From TPA_inf: Saccharomyces (lineage: Eukaryota): a stretch of DNA of 64,000 nt. The stretch covers positions 864,001 through 928,000 of the forward strand of contig BK006938.2 of the NCBI GenBank assembly GCA_000146045.2, read 5' to 3'. Positions within the stretch are counted from its first letter, which is position 1; each line of letters begins with the position of its first letter. The position numbers and the translations under genes were made by a program. Shown piece after piece: positions 12,401 to 22,865 of this stretch. The notes under the pieces are model-generated. The model was given only the letters and a program-made list of their open reading frames with translations. It did no database searches and had not been told where the DNA came from.

Positions 12401-13425
12401 TTAAGAATAGTCAAGTAACAATTTGCTTATTCGTTGACGACATGATTTTATTTAGCAAAGACTTAAATGCAAATAAGAAAATCATAACAACACTCAAGAA
12501 ACAATACGATACAAAGATAATAAATCTGGGTGAAGGTGATAACGAAATTCAGTACGACATACTTGGATTAGAGATCAAATATCAAAGAAGCAAGTACATG
12601 AAATTAGGTATGGAAAAATCCTTGACAGAAAAATTACCCAAACTAAACGTACCTTTGAACCCAAAAGGAAAGAAACTTAGAGCTCCAGGTCAACCAGGTC
12701 ATTATATAGACCAGGATGAACTAGAAATAGATGAAGATGAATACAAAGAGAAAGTGCATGAAATGCAAAAGTTGATTGGTCTAGCTTCATATGTTGGATA
12801 TAAATTTAGATTTGACTTACTATACTACATCAACACACTTGCTCAACATATACTATTCCCCTCTAGGCAAGTTTTAGACATGACATATGAGTTAATACAA
12901 TTCATGTGGGACACTAGAGATAAACAATTAATATGGCACAAAAACAAACCTACCAAGCCAGATAATAAACTAGTCGCAATAAGCGATGCTTCATATGGTA
13001 ACCAACCATATTACAAGTCACAAATTGGTAACATTTTCCTACTCAACGGAAAAGTGATTGGAGGAAAGTCGACAAAGGCTTCGTTAACATGCACTTCAAC
13101 TACAGAAGCAGAAATACACGCAGTCAGTGAAGCTATACCGCTATTGAATAACCTCAGTCACCTTGTGCAAGAACTTAACAAGAAACCAATTATTAAAGGC
13201 TTACTTACTGATAGTAGATCAACGATCAGTATAATTAAGTCTACAAATGAAGAGAAATTTAGAAACAGATTTTTTGGCACAAAGGCAATGAGACTTAGAG
13301 ATGAAGTATCAGGTAATAATTTATACGTATACTACATCGAGACCAAGAAGAACATTGCTGATGTGATGACAAAACCTCTTCCGATAAAAACATTTAAACT
13401 ATTAACTAACAAATGGATTCATTAG
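9385..13425 (+). CDS. TYB: Ty2 TYB (Pol: protease, integrase, reverse transcriptase/RNase H), expressed as a Gag-Pol fusion by +1 ribosomal frameshift
   Basis: Uninterrupted 1346-codon frame overlapping the TYA 3' end by 44 nt. Integrase HHCC and DD35E region ([11 protein letters not shown]...CPDCLIGKS), RT YVDDM motif ([10 protein letters not shown]), RNase H region. Confidence 0.9.
9402..9408 (+). other. Ty +1 programmed frameshift heptamer CUU-AGG-C
   Basis: cttaggc sits in the TYA/TYB overlap. The TYB frame is +1 relative to TYA from this point. Confidence 0.85.
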
Positions 13426-13447
13426 ATCTATTACATTATGGGTGGTA

Positions 13448-13779
13448 TGTTGGAATAAAAATCAACTATCATCTACTAACTAGTATTTACGTTACTAGTA
13501 TATTATCATATACGGTGTTAGAAGATGACGCAAATGATGAGAAATAGTCATCTAAATTAGTGGAAGCTGAAACGCAAGGATTGATAATGTAATAGGATCA
13601 ATGAATATTAACATATAAAACGATGATAATAATATTTATAGAATTGTGTAGAATTGCAGATTCCCTTTTATGGATTCCTAAATCCTTGAGGAGAACTTCT
13701 AGTATATCTACATACCTAATATTATAGCCTTAATCACAATGGAATCCCAACAATTACATCAAAATCCACATTCTCTACA
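13448..13779 (+). repeat. Ty2 3' LTR (delta)
   Basis: TGTTGGAATAAAAATCAACTATC...TCTACA, followed by the duplicated GTAAA. Confidence 0.85.
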
Positions 13780-14044
13780 GTAAAGAATATACTGGAAGTT
13801 CTCCTCGATGATATAGGAATCCTCGAAATGGAATCTATATTTCTACATACTAATATTACGATTGTTCCTCATTCCGTTTTTATATGTTTCATTATCCTAT
13901 TACATTATCAATCCTTGCACTTCAGCTTCCTCTAACTTCGATGACAGCTTCTCATAACTTATGTCATCATCTAACACCGTATATGATAATATATTGATAC
14001 TATAACTATTAGTTGATAGACGATAGTGGATTTTTATTCCAACA
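13780..14044 (-). repeat. 5' 265 bp (in element orientation) of the older solo delta interrupted by Ty2; includes one TSD copy at 13780-13784
   Basis: Reverse complement reads TGTTGGAATAAAAATCCACTATCGTCTATCAACTAATAG...GAGGAGAACTTCCAGTATATTC, a delta sequence. It ends with tattccaaca at 14035-14044. Confidence 0.75.
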
Positions 14045-14089
14045 TATATTCACTCGTTTCTCCGAATGAAAATAAATAACATCTATTGA

Positions 14090-14302
14090 CTATTCCTTTT
14101 TGTTGATATATCATCATATGTGGTGAAAGAAGATGACAAAAAAATTGAGAACAAGAAATGCCAAGGTGGATAAAATAATATGATAATAAGCAACAATATA
14201 TAAAATGAAAGAGGAAATAATATCATCATTACTTAGAAAATACGACTCATCTCTGTGTCCCCTAGGAAAAGTTCAAGTATATCCTAAACCTGATACTATG
14301 GC
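14090..14302 (+). repeat. Diverged, 5'-truncated delta-like fragment between the two Ty elements
   Basis: gatatatcatcatatgtggtgaaagaagatgacaaaaaaattgagaacaag... resembles the delta segment TATATTATCATATACGGTGTTAGAAGATGACGCAAATGATGAGAAATAG but is heavily diverged. Confidence 0.35.
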
Positions 14303-14636
14303 TGAGAAATATGTGGGTAATTAGATAATTGTTGGGATTCCATTGTTGATAAAGGCTATAATATTAGGTATACAGAATATACTAGAAGTTCTCCTCGAGG
14401 ATTTAGGAATCCATAAAAGGGAATCTGCAATTCTACACAATTCTATAAATATTATTATCATCGTTTTATATGTTAATATTCATTGATCCTATTACATTAT
14501 CAATCCTTGCGTTTCAGCTTCCACTAATTTAGATGACTATTTCTCATCATTTGCGTCATCTTCTAACACCGTATATGATAATATACTAGTAACGTAAATA
14601 CTAGTTAGTAGATGATAGTTGATTTTTATTCCAACA
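14303..14636 (-). repeat. Ty1 3' LTR (delta)
   Basis: Plus strand reads tgagaaatatgtgggtaattagataattgttggg...tattccaaca, the reverse complement of a delta. Confidence 0.85.
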
Positions 14637-14658
14637 TACCACCCATAATGTAATAGAT

Positions 14659-17600
14659 CTAATGAATCCATTTGTTTGTTAATAGTTTAAATGTTTTTAT
14701 CGGAAGAGGTTTTGTCATCACATCAGCAATGTTCTTCTTGGTCTCGATGTAGTATACGTATAAATTATTACCTGATACTTCATCTCTAAGTCTCATTGCC
14801 TTTGTGCCAAAAAATCTGTTTCTAAATTTCTCTTCATTTGTAGACTTAATTATACTGATCGTTGATCTACTATCAGTAAGTAAGCCTTTAATAATTGGTT
14901 TCTTGTTAAGTTCTTGCACAAGGTGACTGAGGTTATTCAATAGCGGAATAGCTTCACTGACTGCGTGTATTTCTGCTTCTGTAGTTGAAGTGCATGTTAA
15001 CGAAGCCTTTGTCGACTTTCCTCCAATCACTTTTCCGTTGAGTAGGAAAATGTTACCAATTTGTGACTTGTAATATGGTTGGTTACCATATGAAGCATCA
15101 CTTATTGCGACTAGTTTATTATCTGGCTTGGTAGGTTTGTTTTTGTGCCATATTAATTGTTTATCTCTAGTGTCCCACATGAATTGTATTAACTCATATG
15201 TCATGTCTAAAACTTGCCTAGAGGGGAATAGTATATGTTGAGCAAGTGTGTTGATGTAGTATAGTAAGTCAAATCTAAATTTATATCCAACATATGAAGC
15301 TAGACCAATCAACTTTTGCATTTCATGCACTTTCTCTTTGTATTCATCTTCATCTATTTCTAGTTCATCCTGGTCTATATAATGACCTGGTTGACCTGGA
15401 GCTCTAAGTTTCTTTCCTTTTGGGTTCAAAGGTACGTTTAGTTTGGGTAATTTTTCTGTCAAGGATTTTTCCATACCTAATTTCATGTATTTACCTCTTT
15501 GATATTTGATTTCTAAGCCAAGTATGTCGTACTGAATTTCGTTATCACTTTCACCCAGATTTATTATCTTTGTATCGTATTGTTTCTTGAGTGTTGTTAT
15601 GATTTTCTTATTTGCATTTAAGTCTTTGCTGAACAATATCATATCATCAACGAATAAGCAAATTGTTACTTGACTATTCTTAAATACGCATGACCATCCA
15701 CGAACTTCTTCCATACCACACTGTTTTATCAGGTATGATTTGATAGTTTCGTACCAGTTCGCTCCACTTTGTTTCAATCCATAAAGTGATTTCTTCAAAC
15801 GTATCAACTTATCATTCATTCCTAAATGTGGTGGAGGTCTTATGTATAATTCTTCTTTGATGTCTGCATACAAATATGCCGAAGATATGTCTAATTGTGT
15901 AATATAGTAGTTATTGTCTAATGCAAGTGACAGGGATGTCATCAACGCATAATGATGTACAGTGTTGGATTGCATACCTGTATCGTACGTATCAGGATGC
16001 TGAATGTCACCTCTTGCAACAAATCTAGCTTTATGAGTTCCGTCACGTTTCTTGTTGAAGATAAACATTGAGTTTATTACTCTTTTAGGGTCTATTTCTT
16101 TTCTGTCATAATATTTGTCAGTGTCCCAAGTATTCATTTTCAATAGTTGGTTGACTTCTTTGTGGTATGCTTCGATATATTTTTCCTTTTCTTTAATATC
16201 TTTATTATAGGTGATTGCCTCATCGTATCTTAAAGTTGTCCGTATTGGTTTGATTGATTTTACTGCTTTTACAGCTGCAATCAGGTGAATTCGTTTCTTC
16301 GATCTCGGAGGTTCTAAACTACGCATATTCTTAGTATTCCATGTGTCTCGTGATACCTTAATTTCAGTTTCATTATCTTCTAATGATCTTTTCTTACTGT
16401 TGATAGTAGTATAGGCATTAGAGTCACCAATACCACCCAAACTGGAATTAGTTTGATGAGAATTTATCGGTGGGAGTTCTTTAAATGGGTCAGGGAATTC
16501 GGTAGGAGATTCTGGAGGTAGATCAGGGAGTGGGAGATCAGCGATGATAGATTCCTCGGTATTCTGTTCAGAAACAGTAGTTGGCGTTTTGATAGGAACA
16601 ATATTGTGCGATGAATTATTTTCCGGTGGAGAAGCATCGATTGAAGGTGAACGGTGTATAATCCTTTTCTCAGTCTCTTGGTCACTTATCTGCGGAACAG
16701 TTTTGTTGTTGGTACCACCCGTACTGGATATTGGTACGTTTGTATGATTAGTCTCATTTTCACTGTACGAGTCTGAGTGTCTGAAATCTTTAGATTTACT
16801 GGCGTACGACGACTCATGTGTGTTAGATTGGGACATGGGAGCAAGTAAAGGAACATCTAATCTATGCATACCACCCGAATCGGTACTCTCGATATCGGAA
16901 ATTTGGGGGGTGCTAGATCTCTTCTTAGATGGAAGAATATTAGATTCAGATATGTTGGGGTCAACTTCTCTGGGTGCGCGAATATTGGTTTTAGAAACAC
17001 GTTTCGAATCTTCAGTATGAGTTGACGGGGGTGTGGAATCGGTTGGACTCACAGCTTTTGAAAGGACATTTCTCGGTTGCTCAGGATATAGTTCAATATC
17101 AGATTGAAAGTCATGGTCTGATTCTATGTTAAGATCATTGGATTGTTGGATCTCATTTGACGCAATGAACGATTGATATGAAGCAGTTAAACGGTTTAAG
17201 TCTTCATCGAAAGTGAGTGCGTCGTAATTGAATTGATCTAATCTGGAGTCCTTGCCCTGAAGAATAACATAGTTAGTTGTATCTACTGTCTTCTTTAAGG
17301 ATGGAAGATAGATGATATATCCATAAGAGTTTCGAGACGGATGTAGAGCGTAGCCTGGGATGCCACGAGGATGTATTTTGGAGTTAGGGTTGTGATCATT
17401 GACGATAACAGGTTGACCGAAAGGTAACAAAGTACTGATATCAAGTCCTGCCAAGCCAGCATGTTGTCTTGCAGATTTTTTGCTTTTAGGTGAAGCTAGT
17501 GAATTTCTCACAATAGTAGAAAATTCGATTGCAGAGAACCATAAATGGTTCGGTAAACCACTACATTGCAGTTGAGTACGGCAGTCATCTAATAAGGTAC

Positions 17601-18621
17601 GGTTTAGCCGTTCAGCGACTCCATGTGCTCGGGAATCCGCTGTGGTTGTATAGCATGGAGTTATACCATTTTTTTCAAGGAATTTATGGAGAGTTCTGTT
17701 AGTATACTCAGAACCACGGTCCATTTGTATAACCAAGACACTGGCCTGAAACTGGTTTTTAATAAAAGCTAGTATCGTAGTAAAAACATCGAGGATAGAG
17801 TCCTCGCGACGGTCGTGTAATGGATAAACCCAACGGAATTTTGTTGTCTCATCAGTAAATGAGATGAAATAGGATGGTGCACTATTTGGTAGGTTGTGAA
17901 CTGGACCAAATATGTCAGTATGTAGGTATTGAAAGGGTTCGTATGAATTTTGGTATTTTAGTCGTGAACCTTTGATATGTCTGTGTTTGGTGCTTTTGCC
18001 GATTAAACAATCAGGACATTGATAGTCAATAGCACTAGACCAGTCGACATCTGATTCGTTAAAATACGTGATGGTGTTATTTTTAAGTGAGTATCGAATT
18101 GTCTGTGCATTGGCATGCGCAAGCATTCGATGAATGAAAGGATAAGGATATTTGCGTGTACTTTCACTTGTATGGACATTATTGATGGTGGGTACGGAGA
18201 TATTTGATGGAAGCAAGTACTTTTTAGATACCCAGTAAAAGTCTCCATATTTTACGATAGGTGCAAGTACAGTGCCGTCAGATCGTTCTAAGACGTTTTT
18301 GGTAAAGCATGCTGTGATATCTACTGCAGCCAATTCATTCAAACTGAGTAAGTCATAGGCTATGTTAGGAGTGTGCAATACCTTTATTGATGTTTTGGTG
18401 TTGTCCTGGAAGTGAAATTGTAGGTCACCAATAGCGTTAATTGGTATATTTCTTTTTTGAGCATCAACTACGTTTATGTCAGGATTAGATGATGCTGAGT
18501 GTATGTGATGAGCAGATCTTATAAGGGTTCGTGATGCTCCTGAATCGAGAAGGAGGTGTCCAGGGAGTTCATCATCAGAATGATTAGTATGATTTACTGT
18601 AGATTCAGTAAGTTTCTGGCC
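14659..18621 (-). CDS. TYB: Ty1 TYB (Pol: protease, integrase, RT/RNase H), expressed as Gag-Pol via +1 frameshift at CTTAGGC (reverse complement at 18619-18625)
   Basis: The track ORF 14659-18378 starts at a TTG. I translated the frame upstream by hand and it stays open to the frameshift site ([90 protein letters not shown]). IN, RT and RNase H motifs are present. Confidence 0.88.
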
Positions 18622-19927
18622 TAAGATGAAGGTCGTGCTTATTGTTCAATTGAATCGGTTCAGTAGTTGATTTACTGATGGAATCGTTGTCCGTGCTGGG
18701 AGAGTTAATAGATGTGGATACATTGTGAGCCCTGGCTGTTTTCGATTTCGAATTATTTGTTTTTTGAGGATTCCGAGCTATAACTTTGGGTTTGGTTGTA
18801 TTCGTATAGCTGCGAGAATCATTCTTCTCATCACTCCGATTTCTCCTGTAATTAGGTTTGCTGTTTCTCGATCCCTGTTGTTCTTCATAAATAGCATGGA
18901 TATCTAAGAACAGTTCAGCGACTGTCATATTTAGATGTCGATGACGTGTGTAGCGTAAAAATTTATATTCGCCAGATAGACCTCTCATAATTAATTGGCA
19001 TGCGACCTTGTTATTGATATGAATGCCATTATTGTTCAGTCTGTCGATAATGTTTGTGACTTTTGTTTCAAATGCATCTGCAGGTGTACTGCCATTATAT
19101 TGCAAATTTGCCAGGGTCACAATGTCGTTTGCCTCTTGGGTATCAGATTGCATTTTTTCAATACTTTTGGAAAGAATTTTCATGATATCCGTATAATCAA
19201 CGGATAGGATGTCTTTGACCCAGGTAGGTAGGAATTGAGAGGGAGCAAATATTTGAAAAGTGTTATACAAGAAGGTGAGTTCATCATCAGTGATCTGACG
19301 TACGGGTTTTCCGTTTACTGTCGGAATAATACCACCGAGATTCGAGTTTTGTAAAAATTTGATGTATGTTTTAACCCAATTTGGAAAGTCATTAGGTGAG
19401 GTTAACATTGGTGGTGGTCTGACATATTTTTTAGTGGATGTCATATCAGAGTCCGCTGAGGATGAATCAGTAAATGTATTACCTGACTCAGGTGATGGAG
19501 TGCTCAGAGGCGTTCCAACTGATGATGGATACTGCGGAAACTGTGATTGTGGCCCAGGTGGAAAGTACATAGGCGACATTTGATAAGGTGTATACGGAAT
19601 CATAGATGGGTGTCCGTAAAATGACCAACCAGATGGATTGGCTTGGTTTTGGGTCATCATGCACTGCTGTGGGTACGGCCCATTCTGTGGAGGTGGTACT
19701 GAAGCAGGTTGAGGAGAGGCATGATGGGGGTTCTCTGGAACAGCTGATGAAGCAGGTGTTGTTGTCTGTTGAGAGTTAGCCTTAGTGGAAGCCTTATCAT
19801 ATTCTTGAATTTTGGAAGCTGAAACGTCTAACGGATCTTGATTTGTGTGGACTTCCTTAGAAGTAACCGAAGCACAGGCGCTACCATGAGATATATGTGG
19901 GTAATTAGATAATTGTTGGGATTCCAT
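18605..19927 (-). CDS. TYA: Ty1 TYA (Gag), 440 aa
   Basis: [38 protein letters not shown]... Ends ...[10 protein letters not shown]. Confidence 0.9.
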
Positions 19928-20220
19928 TGTTGATAAAGGCTATAATATTAGGTATACAGAATATACTAGAAGTTCTCCTCGAGGATTTAGGAATCCATAA
20001 AAGGGAATCTGCAATTCTACACAATTCTATAAATATTATTATCATCGTTTTATATGTTAATATTCATTGATCCTATTACATTATCAATCCTTGCGTTTCA
20101 GCTTCCACTAATTTAGATGACTATTTCTCATCATTTGCGTCATCTTCTAACACCGTATATGATAATATACTAGTAACGTAAATACTAGTTAGTAGATGAT
20201 AGTTGATTTTTATTCCAACA
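19887..20220 (-). repeat. Ty1 5' LTR (delta); contains the TYA start
   Basis: Reverse complement begins TGTTGGAATAAAAATCAACTATC and ends ...AATTACCCACATATATCTCA. Confidence 0.85.
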
Positions 20221-20360
20221 ATGGCCTCTTTAACACTAATATCCCGACAATTTTCCCAAAATTCAAAGAATTCTCAGAAAGAGCTATTTTTTTTTTTAAT
20301 AAAATTATTAGTACTAATTCCAGTATAAATAACAATGTTATTTACGTCTCTTTCGAAAAT

Positions 20361-20493
20361 GCTCGTGTAGCTCAGTGGTTAGAGCTTCGTGCTTATAGCA
20401 ACATTCGGTTTCCGAAGTTTCTGTGCCAAAGACCTTTCAAACAGGCCTTTAAAAGCAACGCGACCGTCGTGGGTTCAAACCCCACCTCGAGCA
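20361..20493 (+). tRNA. tI(UAU): tRNA-Ile (anticodon UAU) with a 60-nt intron at 20398-20457; mature length 73 nt
   Basis: I folded it by hand. Acceptor gctcgtg/ctcgagc, D arm gctc-agtggtta-gagc, anticodon stem tcgtg/cgcga with loop c-t-TAT-a, intron immediately 3' of position 37, T arm gtggg-ttcaaac-cccac, discriminator A. The T9 run follows 7 nt downstream. Confidence 0.92.
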
Positions 20494-20500
20494 CTTTCTC

Positions 20501-20509
20501 TTTTTTTTT
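20501..20509 (+). terminator. RNA polymerase III terminator (T9) for the tRNA-Ile gene
   Basis: ttttttttt begins 8 nt after the tRNA 3' end. Confidence 0.8.
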
Positions 20510-20726
20510 CACACGCGTTTGCAACATGCCCGTATTACATGAGCTTATTTGACTTTAGATGGTTTTCAGTTCTTTTTTTTTTTTTTTTTTTTTTCAGTAG
20601 ATTAATGCGAAGAGTTAAATCACCAATTCAAAGATGGCAGATGGACCACCTTGTGGGATAAGTATAAAAATAACTAAAAGTGGTCTTGTGTTAAAAATAG
20701 AATAGAAACCACTCATAAGGCAAAAG

Positions 20727-22865
20727 ATGGCTGGAAAAAAGGGACAAAAGAAAAGTGGACTAGGCAACCATGGAAAGAACTCTGATATGGATGTTGAAGA
20801 TCGTCTCCAGGCCGTTGTCTTGACAGACTCTTATGAAACTAGGTTTATGCCACTGACAGCTGTCAAGCCAAGGTGTTTGCTGCCACTGGCTAACGTACCT
20901 CTCATTGAATACACCTTAGAATTTTTGGCTAAGGCTGGCGTACATGAAGTTTTCTTAATTTGCTCTTCTCATGCCAACCAAATTAATGACTATATTGAGA
21001 ATTCTAAGTGGAACTTGCCTTGGTCTCCATTTAAAATTACCACCATTATGTCTCCAGAAGCTAGATGTACGGGTGATGTTATGAGAGATCTAGATAATAG
21101 AGGTATCATTACTGGAGATTTTATTTTAGTCAGTGGTGATGTATTGACTAACATCGATTTCAGCAAAATGCTAGAATTTCACAAAAAAATGCATTTGCAA
21201 GATAAAGATCACATCTCGACAATGTGTTTGAGCAAAGCGAGTACCTATCCAAAAACAAGAACTATTGAGCCTGCCGCATTTGTCTTAGACAAATCCACCA
21301 GTAGGTGTATTTATTACCAAGATTTACCATTACCAAGCTCTAGAGAGAAGACTTCCATTCAGATTGACCCAGAATTGTTGGATAATGTCGATGAATTTGT
21401 CATAAGGAATGACCTCATCGATTGTAGAATTGACATTTGTACATCTCATGTACCTTTGATATTTCAAGAAAATTTTGACTACCAATCATTAAGGACAGAC
21501 TTTGTTAAAGGTGTCATTTCAAGCGATATATTGGGAAAGCATATATATGCCTATTTGACGGACGAATATGCTGTAAGAGTTGAAAGTTGGCAAACTTACG
21601 ACACCATTTCTCAAGACTTTTTAGGTAGATGGTGTTATCCCTTGGTCTTAGACTCTAACATACAGGACGATCAAACGTATTCTTATGAATCAAGACATAT
21701 ATACAAGGAAAAAGACGTTGTTTTGGCCCAATCCTGTAAAATTGGTAAGTGCACTGCAATTGGATCAGGAACAAAAATCGGAGAGGGTACGAAAATTGAG
21801 AATTCCGTGATTGGAAGGAACTGCCAAATCGGTGAAAATATTAGAATCAAGAACAGTTTCATTTGGGATGACTGTATCATCGGAAATAACAGTATAATTG
21901 ACCATTCATTAATTGCCTCTAATGCCACGTTAGGGAGTAATGTACGCCTAAATGATGGCTGTATAATTGGTTTCAACGTTAAAATTGATGATAATATGGA
22001 TTTAGATAGAAACACAAAAATATCTGCCAGTCCATTAAAAAATGCCGGCTCAAGAATGTATGATAATGAAAGCAATGAGCAGTTTGACCAAGACCTTGAT
22101 GATCAGACACTAGCCGTTTCTATTGTTGGAGATAAGGGTGTTGGTTATATTTACGAAAGCGAGGTGTCTGACGATGAAGATAGTTCTACAGAAGCCTGCA
22201 AAGAAATAAACACTTTGAGTAACCAATTAGATGAGTTATACTTAAGTGACGATTCAATTTCTTCCGCCACTAAAAAGACAAAGAAAAGAAGAACGATGTC
22301 TGTCAATAGTATATACACGGATAGAGAAGAAATTGATTCTGAATTTGAGGACGAAGATTTTGAGAAAGAAGGTATTGCCACCGTGGAGCGTGCTATGGAA
22401 AACAATCATGATCTTGACACAGCATTATTAGAATTGAACACCTTGAGAATGAGTATGAACGTGACATATCATGAGGTGAGAATAGCAACAATAACTGCAT
22501 TATTGAGAAGAGTTTACCACTTTATTGCAACTCAAACATTAGGTCCCAAGGACGCTGTGGTGAAGGTTTTTAATCAGTGGGGACTGTTGTTCAAGAGACA
22601 AGCCTTTGATGAAGAAGAGTATATTGATTTGATGAACATCATAATGGAAAAAATTGTAGAACAGAGTTTTGACAAACCGGATTTGATTCTATTTAGTGCA
22701 TTGGTTTCTCTATACGATAATGACATAATTGAGGAGGATGTCATTTATAAATGGTGGGATAATGTTTCTACTGACCCTCGCTATGATGAAGTCAAGAAAT
22801 TAACTGTAAAGTGGGTTGAGTGGTTACAGAATGCTGACGAAGAATCTTCCTCAGAAGAGGAATAA
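20727..22865 (+). CDS. GCD6: Gcd6, catalytic epsilon subunit of translation initiation factor eIF2B, 712 aa
   Basis: 712-aa ORF. N-terminal nucleotidyl-transferase-like region. Left-handed beta-helix hexapeptide repeats (IGKCTAIGSGTKIGEGTKIENSVIGRNCQIGENIRIKNS...). Acidic W2 C-terminus ...NADEESSSEEE. Confidence 0.92.
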   Translation: MAGKKGQKKSGLGNHGKNSDMDVEDRLQAVVLTDSYETRFMPLTAVKPRCLLPLANVPLIEYTLEFLAKAGVHEVFLICSSHANQINDYIENSKWNLPWSPFKITTIMSPEARCTGDVMRDLDNRGIITGDFILVSGDVLTNIDFSKMLEFHKKMHLQDKDHISTMCLSKASTYPKTRTIEPAAFVLDKSTSRCIYYQDLPLPSSREKTSIQIDPELLDNVDEFVIRNDLIDCRIDICTSHVPLIFQENFDYQSLRTDFVKGVISSDILGKHIYAYLTDEYAVRVESWQTYDTISQDFLGRWCYPLVLDSNIQDDQTYSYESRHIYKEKDVVLAQSCKIGKCTAIGSGTKIGEGTKIENSVIGRNCQIGENIRIKNSFIWDDCIIGNNSIIDHSLIASNATLGSNVRLNDGCIIGFNVKIDDNMDLDRNTKISASPLKNAGSRMYDNESNEQFDQDLDDQTLAVSIVGDKGVGYIYESEVSDDEDSSTEACKEINTLSNQLDELYLSDDSISSATKKTKKRRTMSVNSIYTDREEIDSEFEDEDFEKEGIATVERAMENNHDLDTALLELNTLRMSMNVTYHEVRIATITALLRRVYHFIATQTLGPKDAVVKVFNQWGLLFKRQAFDEEEYIDLMNIIMEKIVEQSFDKPDLILFSALVSLYDNDIIEEDVIYKWWDNVSTDPRYDEVKKLTVKWVEWLQNADEESSSEEE

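Larger units (their letters stand above)
7821..13779 (+). mobile_element. Full-length Ty2 LTR retrotransposon (5959 bp), flanked by the 5-bp target-site duplication GTAAA (7816-7820 and 13780-13784)
   Basis: 332-bp direct LTRs TGTTGGAATA...CA at 7821-8152 and 13448-13779. TYA of 438 aa (Ty2 length) and a Ty2-type TYB sequence. Identical 5-mers immediately flank both ends. Confidence 0.9.
14303..20220 (-). mobile_element. Full-length Ty1-class LTR retrotransposon (5918 bp) in inverted orientation, flanked by the 5-bp target-site duplication ATGGC (14298-14302 and 20221-20225). Appears to be a Ty1/Ty2 hybrid (see findings).
   Basis: LTRs at 14303-14636 and 19887-20220 (reverse complement TGTTGG...TCTCA). 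TYA of 440 aa (Ty1 length) with Ty1-type sequence. TYB frame intact. Identical flanking 5-mers. Confidence 0.9.
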
